From positions 89,726-153,725 of the forward strand of contig NW_005434629.1 in the NCBI RefSeq assembly GCF_000315625.1: a DNA stretch of 64,000 nucleotides, written 5' to 3'. The stretch is from Guillardia theta CCMP2712. Taxonomy: Eukaryota; Protista; Cryptophyta. Positions within the stretch are counted from its first letter, which is position 1. Each line of letters opens with the position of its first letter. The position numbers and the translations under genes are program-made. Below are positions 24,840 to 37,919 of this stretch, piece by piece. The notes under the pieces were generated by a model that saw only the letters and a list, made by a program, of their open reading frames with translations, was not told where the DNA came from and made no database searches.

Positions 24840-25210
24840 AACTGGCATCGGACCCTTGAACGGCCGGCGGCGGTCCGATCACGGCAGCCAGTGGCGACTC
24901 AGCCTGAGCCTCGGAGCCTGGAGCCACCGACCGTCGGTCACTGGCCAGGCCGGCGGGCCCCGGGCGTCGCACACGGTGCCGCCAGGCGGCAGTGAGTGCC
25001 GCCGGCGCGGGCCGCCCGAGGCTCCGACTCATCGGACCGTCCGCCGGTACCCCGGGTCCGGCGCCGGGCCACCGGCGGCGTTCCGACTGAGCCGTTCAAC
25101 TCCGCAACTGGTTAAAACCCTGCCAGGCTGTCAGTGTAGTACTTTTGAAACTATGAAACTCAGGCTCGCCATTTATACCGCACCGGGCATTTCGACTCCG
25201 GGGTCGGAGC
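24840..25210. other. GC-rich non-coding island
   Basis: Same word set as 12020-13500; preceded by an AT-rich tract at 24670-24840. Confidence 0.7.
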
Positions 25211-25327
25211 CGTTTAGAGTCATATTCAACTGATTTATTGATCACATTAATGATTGGTTCCTTTCACCAATGCCCGGGTGACGCCGAGAATCGTGTTGGC
25301 AGATGAGTACAACTTGGCAAGCCTGTT

Positions 25328-27128
25328 TTAGGGGCTCTGACCGTGGATATAGTACCCTGGAAACCCGAAGTCCACGGCCTCAGATTGTGCTTGCTGGATT
25401 GTGTTGAAGTTGCAATTCGCCCAGCCTGCATTAGCTTGCCAGGAAAACTGGCCAGGGCTGTCAGCGAAGTCGTCGGGGATGATTGCAGGGATGTACAAGG
25501 ACGTGTTCTGCTGCTTCACGTCTTGGACCGGCACGAAACTCGAGCTCGGCGGCTCAACCTTCCAGTCCCAATCGCTTCCAGCGCATGGAGGAGGAGACGG
25601 GGTAGAGTGGTCGCTCTCGAAGCTTGTGCGGCTCTCTCCTGGACTCTTAGACTCGGACCCGTCGCTCCAGGGGTTCGAGGGATAGAATGCCGGGCTGTGG
25701 ATTCCGTCCTTGATTGATAGCTGGTCAGCCATCTGAATGATGTGAGCGAACTTCTGCTCAATCAGGACGGCAAGTCGGTCAAGAATCCTGCGGCCCTGCG
25801 CAGTCCTGCAGCCATAGTGAGCAACGAAGGCGGTATGCAGTGAAGTCATGTATCACTTCGCAAGCTGCGCGATGCTCTCTCGCTGCCCGATCCTGGTTCG
25901 AGGAGAAGCAAAGGGCAAGTCGAGTGAGTGGGACGAGAACTCCCAAGGCAAGACTTACTGCTCGTCATACAGAAGCTCCTGCCCGGTGGAGATAGAACCA
26001 AAGAGCGAGACTAGCAACGGGATGCACATGTCTGGGGCCTTATTGACAGCCTGGACATCAGCACAGTTACTCAACCATGCAGCATTCGCCATCCATCCAA
26101 CACAAACCTGGTCGAACTCTTCCGCAGAGACCGGCGCGTAAGTCATCGAGATTCTAGAAATCCTCCCCAGAGCATCGAAGGTCTTCTTCGTCGTCTGCCT
26201 TAATAGTACGCCCTCCGTGTGCCCGGTTCTGAGAGCATGAGGCGTCAGCCCCATCCTTTATATCACAAACTCGGATTTACCTAAATACATTGGTGGAATA
26301 TCGACAAAAGTTCGTGACAACTGGTTCTCTGATCCTGAAGACAAAGTTAGATTCACTGGATGAAAGCAAGAAGGGGAAAACTCTGTACCGAAGCATATCT
26401 TCCATGAATTGACACAAGAACCTCAGGTCAGTGGTGGGAATCCTCGCATCATTGCCCGCGATGCGAGCGAGACCCTCCTCTCTGTGCAGCCTGAAGAAAC
26501 CGGCCATGGTTTGGTTGCAGTTGGCACTAGTCCGCTTGTTCTTGATGGGGTCCCACGTGAAGCATTGATACCCTATTGATGAGTTCTCCCAGATCGAGTG
26601 CTCAGCACTCGCCTGACAAATCGCAGGCTGGAAGTCCTGGTTGGTGTTTGAACTCATTGAGTGGTGAGCCAACATTTCCAAAGCCCCCAGAGCCCTGCCG
26701 AAGGAGCTCCGTAGAGCAGGCGTCATGGCCTTGAACATCTTATCAAGATCCTTCGCCACAAATCCCCATTCCCAGATCATTCTCAGTGCGCGAACTGGGA
26801 GCTTCTTGGATTCTTGATCACGGAATACCACGTCATCGTGTATCAGCATGATGCCATCCCTTAAGGTCATCAGCGGTCGGTCGATCGTGTCGATTGTGTG
26901 AACAATTGTCAGCTGTGAGCTCTGTGTGCTTGGAATATCACCGCACGGTAATCCTCGGCTGATACACCTTGTACAAGGACGAGTTTCTTGGCATTTGGCT
27001 TTTGCTTTCCTGCACGCTTCACAAGCACTTTTTGCTATGTGTCTGTTCGACGACAACCATCGGCGCATTTTATAGAGATCATTCTTCTGCAAGGAGCCTT
27101 CTAAGGCTGACTCCGCAGCATTCGACAT
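25328..27128 (-). CDS. Zn2Cys6 (GAL4-type) transcription factor, multi-exon
   Basis: SACEACRKAKAKCQETRPCTRCISRGLPC near the N-terminus; further exons in ORFs 25955-26254 and 25328-25849. Confidence 0.85.
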
Positions 27129-28123
27129 CCTGACAAGCTCTGCTCAACTCAATATCTTTGGAAATTCCTGCAAAAGCTATTTCGATGTCAAGATACAGAA
27201 TTTATTTAACAAGACCAATTCAGAGTCATGGTGAAAAAGATGCAAAGGAACATGTTTGAAGCAGTGATAAAGCGTGAAATCATCACTTAGCTCTTCAGAT
27301 AGGGGAATTCATCATAGCGCACACAACAGAAAACACGCGCCCTTGCCTTCGCCTACTCTATGAGATGTGCCATTGAGCAAACACATTTGGGGGGGTGTGC
27401 AACCAGGGAGCGCGCATGGGAGGAAAGAGAAGAAGTCAGATGAGGATGATGCTAGGTGCACACCATGGTCATGAGTATCATAAGGAGAGCGCGCATGAAG
27501 TTTCTCCAGCCGCCTCCTCTCACCTGCTCCGCCATGCACCCAACAACTGCTTCATGCGGGAGCGGGTCATCGATCGGCACACCAAAGACCACCCCAGCTT
27601 CATGTTCGTATCTGCTTGCACCCCTCATTTACACCGGAATAGAACCCTGTTATCTCCCTGTAAGCACCCCTTTTTCTTCCACTACCCTATCTTATCGACT
27701 GGCACCCTACCCCCAAAAAATCCTCCCATTCTACCCCCCCCCCAATTACGACCAAAAAGTTGCACCGGCCCAACAACAAATCATACTTCCCAATTACAAA
27801 TTCTCACAAAAATTCAACATTTTCGTTCTAATTTCAAAGTTTAAAAATATAAAACTGCTAAGAGCCAAGGGGGGTGCAAAAGGAACAGAGAGGGGAAGGG
27901 GTAGTTGCAACTCAATCAGGGGGTAGGGTAATTTTTCACAACAAAACCGGTCACGGTACCCTACGTTGGTCACGTTACCTGTCACGGTAAGGGACCCGGA
28001 TCGAGCCGATGATGACGAGCCCGCCCCAATGCTTTCCGATTGTTCTGAGGCAGACCGGGTACATGGAAATTTGTGGTTTTAAACTTATTAGTCATTATTA
28101 AAAATTATAGAGAGACGCCGAAA

Positions 28124-29680
28124 ATGCCGGGTTACCATACCTGCAAGGTAGGATGCCTTCCCCTCCCCTCCCTCCCCCTTCCAGCACCACCACCACCACC
28201 ACCACCACCACCAGCGCCATCAGCACCACCAGCACAACCAGCAGCTCCAGCACCAGCTCCAGCTCCAGCTCCAGCACCAGCTCCAGCTCCAGCACCAGCA
28301 CAGACATAGATATCGTCAGCAACATTACTGCCAACTCCTCCTGCTCCTTCCCCTCGTGTTCAGTGTGCCTGCTCTACTCCCCATTATCATTCTCCTCTCC
28401 CAACCCATGCTCCCACCCCTCTAAACCCCTGCTTCCTTTCTCCTGCCTAGAATGATCGTTGGTACCATATTCCTCACGTATTGCTTCCCCTCTCCAACAA
28501 ACCCATACAGCCGTTGGGAAGATGCCTTCGATCCTCGTGATGATCCCTCTATGTTCGTCAACCTTGTTCCAACGCACACTCCCTCTGTCCCAATCCCCCC
28601 TCCCTCGCATTGGCAGTCTCTCCTGACGGTGAACGGCAGATCCATGGCAACGACGTTCCGATCGAGTTCGAGCATGCGGGGCTGGAGGAGCACTACCTGA
28701 AGATGAAGGAGATGAAGGCCTTCAATGACTGGTGCCGGGAGATGGACGAGGAGCTGGTTGTGTCCAAGGTGGTGGTGCAGTCCATCGACCTCTTCGGGCC
28801 GAGGATAGGCTTCCTCAAGTTCAAGGCGGAGGCGACGACGAGGGACGGGAAGCATGTGCCCGGCATCGTGTTCATGCGAGGAGGAGCCGTCGCGATCTTT
28901 ATCGTCATCACGTGCAAGGAGAGCAAGAAGCAGTACACGCTCCTCACTGTGCAGCCGCGGGTGCCCGTGGGGAAGGCGGCATTGTACGAGCTGCCGGCGG
29001 GGATGCTGGACAACAGCGGGGACTTTGTGGGGATGGCGGCGAAGGAGCTGGAGGAGGAGACGAGCCTCAAGGTGCAGAAGAAAGATCTGATGGACTTGAC
29101 AGAGAAGGCGTTCGGGAGCGGCTGCCCCGGCATCTACCCGTCAGCAGGAGGATGCGACGAGTACCTGCGGATCTTCCTGTACCGGACGACGATGAGCCCC
29201 GAGGAGATCAGCAGCCTGCACGATAAGTGCACGGGGGTGCTGGAGGAGGGGGAGACGATCAAGCTGAAAGTGATTCCGATCGATGACCTGTGGTGAGTAG
29301 AGGAGAGGGGGGGAGGGAGGAGGAGGGGAGGGAGGAAGGGACAAGAGGGAAAAATGAGCATGGGCAGGCTATGTGGGTTTGAGGAGATCAGGAGCAGAGG
29401 AGAAGGAGGGGGCCGGTAAAGGGTCAGAAAAGCAATGAGACGCGGAGTTGGGTCTTGAGGAGAATTTGGATACGAAGTTCAGAGTAGGAGGTGAAGGCAG
29501 TGGAAGAGGTAGAGAGAGTAAGAGGGGGAAGGGAAGAAGAGGAGGGGGAGGAAGTTACACTGTTTGTTATGATGGTTAACATGGTTTGCTGCTAGGAGGA
29601 CGGCTCCGGACGTGAAGGCGTTGTCAGCCCTCTGCCTGTATGAGAACTTCCTTGCCAGACGAGAGATCCCCAGCGACTGA
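28124..29680 (+). CDS. Nudix hydrolase (ADP-sugar pyrophosphatase/NUDX14-like), copy A
   Basis: IDLFGPRIGFLKFKA..PGIVFMRGGAVA..ELPAGMLD..AAKELEEET..PSAGGCDE; last exon APDVKALSALCLY. The start is uncertain. Confidence 0.88.
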
Positions 29681-30087
29681 TCCGTCTCTCTTTCGCTTCC
29701 TCCCCCTCCCCACTCTTCTTTCCCCCTCCTCCTCAACCTTGTTGGTTTTCTTTTGCTGTTTTTGTTTTGTTGGTGGGAGGACTTGAACGATGAGGAACGG
29801 AGGGAACAAAGATAAGGATAAATGAATTGAGCAGCGACTCGTTGTCATTTACAAGAAAGGTGAAGGAGCGTGTAATTTTTGTCGGTCAGAATGTCAGGAG
29901 GACAAGAAGCACGGGGACAGGGACGAGGCGATAGCAGTAGAGGGCGAGGGAGGGTGAGGGGGAACGAGGAGATCGAAGGACGAGGACAAGGCTAATGGGA
30001 TGCGGCATGCGGTGACATGTTGATGTTTCTGATTCTGTTCACCTTGAAGAATTTAATTTACTGTGGCCATCAAGTTCTGACGTGACC

Positions 30088-30227
30088 TCATCGTTTCGCC
30101 TTTGCGTTTCTCTTGGGCTTCTTGCCCTTGTCTTTCTTCTGGCTCCCTGCCTTGGCCTGCGCACCATGTGAGTAGGAAGAGAGCTGGCGGTGAAGAGAGA
30201 CGAGGAAGAAGTTAATGGGACGAGAGT

Positions 30228-30266
<39 letters not shown>

Positions 30267-31921
30267 TGGGAGGAAGCCAAGGAGGCAGGGAGGTAGGGAG
30301 AAGGCAGGGTTTGAGAGCAGGGAGTCAATGAGGTTGAGAGGAGGAGACGAAGGAGTGGAGGGGCAGCAGAGGAGGAGGAGGAGTCAAGGGGACCTTCTTT
30401 GCCGGCCTGTCTGACGCCATGAAGGAACAGAACCCAACCCCTTGTTGGCAGCCTGAGACAGAACTTCAATGGCTGCTCTGATAGAGGGGGAGGAGGAGGA
30501 GGAGGAGGAGGAGGAGGAGGAGGAAGGGAACGGGTTGGAAGGAGAGACAGTGGGGGAGAGGACAAGAGGAGGAAGGCACAGGAAGAAGAGGGATCAAGAG
30601 GAGCAGGAGGCAGGAACCTTTTCGTGGTCAAGGGTCGCTCCCTCGACTGAGACGATCTTGCTCAGCAGCTCCAGGTTCCTCTTCTTCTCATTCTGAAGCG
30701 TCTCCTGCAAGTTCGCCAGTCATCCGGAGACACAGGTGGTGACCTTGTAGGAGGAGGAGGAGGAGGAGGAGGAGGAGGAGGAGGAGGTGGTGGTGGTGGT
30801 GGTGGTGGTGGAGGAGGAGGAGGACGACGACGACGATGATGACGATGACGAGGGCAAGGAGGAAAGAATTGGGTGAATCGAGGAGAACAAGGATACAGAG
30901 AAGTTATTCAGGGAGGACAAGGAGGTACCGGATCGAACTTGCGGTTGGGTGCAGATTTCAATTCTCCCTTGAGCTTCTTGTCAAACTTGCCGAGAGATCC
31001 AGTTGACTTCTGAGCGAGCTTGAGCTGAGCCTTCGTCTGCGGACGGACTGTGAGAGGTACACGGAGCTAAAGGAGAAGACGTGGGGAGGGGAGCAAGGAG
31101 AGGGAGCAAGGAGAGGGAGCAAGGAGAAGCAAACAAAAGGGCAGGGGCACGAGGCGCGAGGAGAAGGTCGTTGGTAAGGGCACGTTAGATACTGGTGGAA
31201 GGGAGAAGGAGATGGAACAGAAGAGACTTGAGAACGGAGGTAAAGATGTTAAGGCAGGAGATGACAATGAGGAGGACTAAGGGAACATGGAGAAAGGGAA
31301 GAACAAGGAGGAGGACGAGGAGAAAGAGGAAGAGAATGAGAAGGAGGAGGAGGGGCGCGGGAAGGGGGGAGGGGGAGGAGGAGGAGTGATTATTGACCTG
31401 GAGCTTCTGCTCCTGCTTGCTCGGGTTCTCCGAGAGCTGCAGGTGGGTCTTTCCATGGATCTCTTCGTCTGCGATAGCAAATGAGCCCAGTGGACAGAGA
31501 ACGAGGAGCAGGAGCAGGAGCACGAGCACGAGCAGGAGCAGGAACAGGAGCAGGAGCAAGGGCAGGAAGGAGGAGTAGGAGCAAGAGCAGGGAAGAGGAG
31601 CAGGAGCAAGAGCAGGGAGGAGGAGCAGGTGCAAAAGCAGGAAGAAAGAGGAGGTCGTACGGTTTCGCTTTTCCCTGTTCTTCTGCTTTTGCAACGTTTC
31701 CTGCGATGAAGAATGAGAAAGAGGAAGAAACCAGTTGCTATGCAAGAATCGATAAAGACAGGAGCAGGAGCAAGAGCAGGAGAAGAAAAAGGAGCAGGAG
31801 CAGCTGAGTGTTCTGCACCTTCTTCTCCATCTCCTTCTTCGTGAACGGATCACTTGAACCATCATCCTGCGGTCCTGCTTCCATGATAGGTGGAAGATCT
31901 TTTTCCGCGTTACTCGCTCTG
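30088..31921 (-). CDS. RRS1: Ribosome biogenesis regulatory protein, 3' half only
   Basis: Exons RASNAEKD..DPFTKKEMEKK, LAQKSTGSLGKFDKKLKGE..RKFDP, EKRNLELLSKI..LDHEK and a basic tail. The N-terminal exons were not found. Confidence 0.7.
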
Positions 31922-31978
31922 CCCACCAGCACGTGAGTTTGCTTACATACCATCCTTCTCCTCCCTCACCCCCCCCAT

Positions 31979-32053
31979 TCCTCCTCCTCCTCCTCCTCCT
32001 CCTCCTCCTCCTCCTCCTCCTCCTCCTCCTCCTCCTCCTCCTCCTCCTCCTCC
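31979..32053. repeat. (CCT)n microsatellite
   Basis: Direct reading. Confidence 0.95.
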
Positions 32054-32057
32054 TCTC

Positions 32058-32877
32058 ACTTCCCTTGAGTCAAAACCTTGTCAAGCACGTACTCTGGAGG
32101 CAAGTCGGAGACACTGTGGCCCTGGGCAGGAGCGACGAGGACAAAGGCGCTCTCTGCTGTGATGTAGTCCTGGACTGTGATGCCGGCGTTGGTGCTGAGC
32201 TGCGTGATGCTGCATTAGAGGGGCGAGGGAGGGAGTAGCGACTGTGTGCTCTTACCTTCCACTTCTTTGGCTTTGTGAACGAGATAACAACTGGCAGGAT
32301 GCAAGTCAAACAAACGATGCAGGCAGAAAGACGAGAAATCGGCCAAGGAGGAGGACAAAGACGAAGACGAAGACGAAGACGAAGACGAGGCAGCGGAGGA
32401 AGGAGGACAAGGAACTACCTGGGTTCCCCTTGCCATTGACAACCTCAGTGCTGAACTCATCAGGCTGGGAAGCGAGAGGGTTTGCGAATCCTCCGTCCCA
32501 CTGCACTCCGACCTTGTCTGAATCGCCCCATCCGATCTTGTCATCGAACAGGGCACTCGCTACTTGCGGCCAAGCAGCAACTCCAGCCATCACCTCCAGC
32601 GCCATGCGACGTCCTCCTCGTTTCATGCTCATGCATGGTGCGAACCTCTGAGTCTGCCGACCCCTTGCAGCCATGTTGCTGTTGCAGACGGCGGCGGATC
32701 GGGATACGAATGAGGCAGGAGCCAAAGAGGACAAACAAGTATGAGAGAAGCATAAGAGAGGAGGGAGGGAGGAGAGGAGGAGGTAAGAACCATGGCCTCA
32801 AGGGAAGAGGACATGGAGGAGGAGGAGGAGGAGGCGATGGAGGCGACAAGCACCAGCATCGTCAGCGTCGTCGCCAT
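32058..32877 (-). CDS. Thylakoid lumen protein (possibly PsbP-like) with tripartite targeting, 5' half only
   Basis: Signal peptide MATTLTMLVLVASIAS, Ser/Arg-rich transit peptide, twin-arginine RRMALEVMAGVAAWPQVASA|L, then FTKPKKW..AGITVQDY. Confidence 0.6.
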
Positions 32878-34147
32878 CGTAACCATCGTAATTCCGAAAA
32901 CAACAAAGGATCCAGTGGGGTGGGGTTACTTAATTGGAGGGGTGGGGATAACTTTTGAGTACTGCTAAAAACGTTATAAGACTTTCAAAAGGGGGTAGGG
33001 GTATACAGAAATTGGGGTGGTATTGTACGGGGGTGGTTTTGGAAGGATGTGGTGGTTGTTGTAAACTGCAAAGCATTTCACTTGGGGGTACTCGATAAGG
33101 TAAAATGGTGGGGTATATGATAGTAAATTAGGGGGTAGGGGTTAAAAAGTAGGGGTGGGGTGATGTAATCCTTGGGTGTACCCACCCCCTTCGTGAAGGG
33201 AAAATGAGGGGTGAGGTAGGGGTGGAGAAGTTGGGGGATGAGGGTGCAAATGATGGGCGTCATGGAGGCCGCCATGGTGGAAGGCGGAGGGGAGGGGAGG
33301 AGGAGACGAAGACAATGGCGGCAACGACGACGGCGGCAACGACGACGACAATGATGATGACGAAGAGAACGACGATGATGACGATGATTACGATGATGAC
33401 GATGATGACCATGTGGTTGTAGATAATGACGATGACGATGACGATGACGATGACGTTGGCAATGGCGATGGCAATGGTGGTGGTGGTGATAATCTTGGTG
33501 AAGATAATAATGACCAGAGTACAAGTAGAAGGGAAGATGAGCAGAGGAGAAGAGGAGGAGAGGAGACCAGAGTTTGAAGAGCACAAACACGAGCAATTTT
33601 TAGTTTGTCTGTGCGAAGACTGGGAAGGAGGCGAGCTTTGAGGAGATGAGAGATGAGGTATTCTTGAAGCAAAGCGATATGAGACAGGTTGGAAGGAAAC
33701 ATCAACAACATGTTGTTCAGATCAGAAGTAGGTAGGAGGAGCGAAGGAGGGTGGCGGAGTAGGTCCAAACCAAGCCGTGAGCCACTGAGTATGACGATGG
33801 TTGTGTTGTGAGGTCAGCTGCCTTATGAAGAGTAGGAGCAGTGTTGGGCGCTAGAAAACTGCATGCAGGAGAACGGGAAGCTCGATTAACAGCACAGGCA
33901 GACGATGATGTGTGGTTGGAAGCAGCTTGTGGTTGGAGGGAGGAGGTTGCGTTATTTGTGGTGGATGGGAATAGTGAAACAACACATGTCGAGACTAGAT
34001 CACTCGAATACTGTCTGTCTTGTCAGTCGTGCCCTGTAGCGCAGTGAAAGTTCCTTCCCCGTGTTGCCTGCGGCACCTCCACCCTGATCTGTTGCATGTC
34101 TAACATGGAGTGAGCAGGGTAAAGACAAGAGGAGGAAAACAAACGCA

Positions 34148-36046
34148 ATGACGAAAATCATGATGAGGATTTTCCTCGTCATGTGCTGCCTGCTCCTTCA
34201 GGCCCATAGCTTCCAAACCTTCACGACGTCATGGCATCGGTCGCGCACTGATCGCTCGTGCCTCTCCCGCTCCCTCCCCCACCTCCTCCCTGGAGCAGGC
34301 GCTCCCAAAGTCGCAGGACGCAGTCAGCTGAGGTCGGTCCGCATGGTCGGAGCGCTGGAGAGAAACTCTGCGACTGCTTCTCAGCTGTACTCCAGGTGAA
34401 GGAGCTGAGAGGAGTTTGCGGGTGGTCTGACGCCTACAGCAGGGACGAGCTGCCCGAGCTCTTCGACTCGCACGGGAGGCTGGACGCGAAGAAGTTTGTT
34501 GGGAAGTTGAGAAACGTTCACGGCCTGTGGGAGCAGATGACGAGGCTCTTCCCTGACCATGTTGCGCTCTCCGACCCCCTCCATGGCTTCGGGGACGACA
34601 TGACGTACAGCCAGGCGTCGGCAGCGATCACGCGCATGGCTGGGTTCTTGCAAGAGCTCGGGGTGCAGAAGGGAGATAAGATAGCTCTCTTCTCGGAGAA
34701 CAGCTACAGGTGGAGCCTCGTTGACTCGGCGATCCTTCAGGCTGGCGCTGTAGACGTTGTGCGAGGAGCGACTGCGCCTGTGGACGAGCTGAAGTTCATC
34801 TACTCGGACAGCGGGAGCAAGGCGTGCGTTGTGGAGAACGTGGAGCTGCTGGAGAAGCTGGTGAAGCAGGCGAAGCTCGGGACTGAGGTCGAGCCCGAGT
34901 TCGTGGTGGTGATGTACCCCAAGGACAAGAGCGGGGAGACGATCAAGAGAGAGGCTGGGCTGGGCTCAAGCTCGACCCGCGTCGTCACAGTTGACGAGAT
35001 GCTACAGTCTTCCAGCTCTTACACGCCAGTGTCAGTGGAGGAGGAGGATACAGCGACGCTGCTGTACACTAGCGGAACGACAGGGCACCCGAAAGGAGTG
35101 GTCCTGACCCATGGGAACCTTCTACACCAGATGCTGGAGAACGTCTACAGCCCTTCCCTCCCCCTCGAGCCCCTCCCCGGCGACGTTTTCCTCTGCATCC
35201 TCCCGTGTTGGCACATCTTCGAGCGCTTTGCCGAGTACTACTCGCTGGTGAGAGGAGCCAAGTTGGTCTACAGCAGCGTCAAGACCTTCAAGTCAGACCT
35301 CCTCCGCCACCGCCCCCACATCCTCGTCGCCGTCCCCCGTCTATACGAGAACGTGTTCCAAGGCGTCCAGGCCAAGTTTGCAGCAGGGTCGTCACTGCAG
35401 CGCATGCTGGTAGCGTTCTTCACTGCGGTAGCAACCAAGAAGATGGAGGCAAAACGCTCCCTCCTCAACGCTGCTGCTATCGAGCCGCAGGATCAGCCCG
35501 CGTTCCTCCAGCGATCCCCTGCCAAGAAGCTGCTTGACCAGCTCGTCTCCATGCTCACTGTCTTCCTCCTCGCTCCTTTTGCTGCCATCGGTGACCGTCT
35601 CATCTGGTCTAAAGTGAGCTCCTCCTCCTCCTCCTCCTCCTCCTTCTGCTCCTCCTCCTCCGCCTCCGCCTCCTCCTTCTTCTGCTCCTCCCTCCTCCCC
35701 CGCCTCCTTCTAATCCCCCTCCTCCTCCTCCTCTCTCCTCTCCTTTGCTCCCGCTTCTCCTGCTTCGCAGCCTCTGCGAAGTTTCCCTCACGCTCTTTTA
35801 TTCTTCCCTTTTTTATGTCTGCTCCTCCCTCCTATCCTCTTCCTCCTTATCCCATGCCTCTCCCCTCCTCTCCCCTCCTCTTCCCTCCTCTCCTCTCCTC
35901 TCCTCTCCTCTCCTCTCCTCTCCTCTCCTCCTCTCCTCACTCTACACGACGGCTGACGCAGCAGCAGGTGCGGGAGGGTCTGGGAGGGAGGATCAAGTGC
36001 CTCATCTCAGGGGGAAGCAAACTTCCGACGGCGCTTGACAACTTCT
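34148..36046 (+). CDS. Plastid-targeted long-chain acyl-CoA/acyl-ACP synthetase (AMP-binding), truncated by a gap
   Basis: YTSGTTGHPKGVVLTHGNL, ILPCWHIFER, AVPRLYE and LISGG motifs; signal peptide ending AHS|F followed by a transit peptide. Confidence 0.9.
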
Positions 36047-36146
36047 NNNNNNNNNNNNNNNNNNNNNNNNNNNNNNNNNNNNNNNNNNNNNNNNNNNNNN
36101 NNNNNNNNNNNNNNNNNNNNNNNNNNNNNNNNNNNNNNNNNNNNNN
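36047..36146. other. Assembly gap (100 N)
   Basis: Run of N. Confidence 1.
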
Positions 36147-37919
36147 CTGCTGACACTGTGCAAGACTACCAACGGAGACAAGGTCACTTGCGGGTACAAG
36201 CTCGCTGTGGAGCTACTGCAGCTCCGACATGCGAGCGGAGGCTGCAAGATGAAGATGGTGAGCTCGATTGTATCTCCTCGTCCTCCCTCCCTCCCTCCCT
36301 CCCTCCCTCACTCACTCACTCACTCACTCACTCACTCACTCACTCACTCCTTCCCCGTCTCTCCTCGTCCCTCTTTCTTTATTCTTGCTTGTGTGATTCC
36401 TCCCATTCCTTCCTCTTTACCCTCCCTCCCTCCCTCCCTCCCTCCCTCCCTCCCTCGCCCCATCACTTCTCACTCTTGTGCTCAGATCAGCGAGCTCTTG
36501 GGCATGGGTCTCAATGCTGGGAGCGAGTGGCGGGAAGGAAGGGCTCAAGGGTCTTGCGGGGGTTCGATCCTAGCAGGCACGCTATGGCTGCAGGTACAGC
36601 CAATCCTTGTCACGTGGCCGACCCTCTGCCTTCTCCTGTATTGGATGCTTCTCGTTGCCACCACCTCCTTCCCCTCCTTTTCCCGTGCTTCCTGCTCGCC
36701 TCGTCGTTGATCCTCTCGCTGTCCTCCCTGCTCCTTCGATCTCCTACGGCCTCTGCTTGCACAGCAGCTTGCTGACCTGAGAAGGAGGTGGAAGACGCGG
36801 AGAAGCTCGCGCTAGCCGAGAGGCTGATCGAAAAGGGCATGGAGGTAGGACGCTGCCTGGCCGGCCAGGGCCGGCGAGTGAAGTGACTTTCCTGTCCTTC
36901 AGTTAAACTCGGAGAGCATTGAGAGGACGACTGCTGCGAGCACAGGAACCTTCGTGCTTGCAGGAGCAATGTATCCCCTCCCCTCCTTCCTCCGTGTACC
37001 CCTGCTCCTCCTCTTCCCTCCTCCTTCTCCCTCCCCCTCCTCCCTCCTCCTCCTCCTCCTTGTGACCCTCCGCATTCTCACATTTCCCTCCATGCTGTTG
37101 AATCTTCTTCTACAGCAACTGCCCTCGCCTGTCCTCCCAGGCCAAGGCAGACATGCTCGTCCTGTTTCTTCGGTCGGGGATGAAAGTCGACCAGCCATGG
37201 TGAGCAGAAGAGAGTGTGCGACGAGAAGGGAAGGAGCAAGGAAGGAGGGAAGGGAAGGAGAGGAGGGAAGGAGCAAGGAAAGAGGGAAGGGAAGGAGAGG
37301 AGGGAAGGAGCAAGGGAGGAGGGGAGGTAAGGGATCAGTCAGGCAGTCAGGCAGCAGGTCAAAGGGAGGGGCGAGGAAGGGGCTGAGAGGATGGGAGGGG
37401 CGACTCGGTCGACCTGATGCTGCGAACAGCAAGCAAGGGGGGAGGGAGACAAGCACGGCACAAATCCTCCTCCCGCGAATTCTCGCGTCCATCCCCGAGC
37501 TGAACCTACGAGCTAGGATGGTGCGCTGATGGACCGCACGTGCTTCCTCCTCTAACGCTAGCGCAGGCGACGGAAATCTTGGAGAGGGGGGGGAAGGGGC
37601 AGCCGGAGGTGGTTGAGAAGCTGAAGGGGCTGCTGGGGGAGGCTGAAGTGGAGGAGGAGGCGAGGGAGAAGCTGCGACGAGTGCTGGAGGGAGGATGAGG
37701 GCTGAGCAAAACAATATTCTTTAATAGATATCGAGCCGTGAGGGACGGGAAGGGCGCGTAGGTGTAGCAAGTCAACAGAGTGGATAGAGAGGAAAGCGAG
37801 GAGGACTGGGGGTCAGAGGAGTGTCGGGTATGATGTAGAGGAAAGGACGAGGAGGACGAGGACGAGGACGAGGAGATAAAGAGGACGAGGAATGAATACA
37901 AGATGTACATGAAGTTGAA

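Noticed and set aside
36147-36900. Continuation of the acyl-CoA synthetase after the gap
   Set aside because: Exon-like pieces lack AMP-binding C-terminal motifs; probably another gene beyond a gap of unknown true size.
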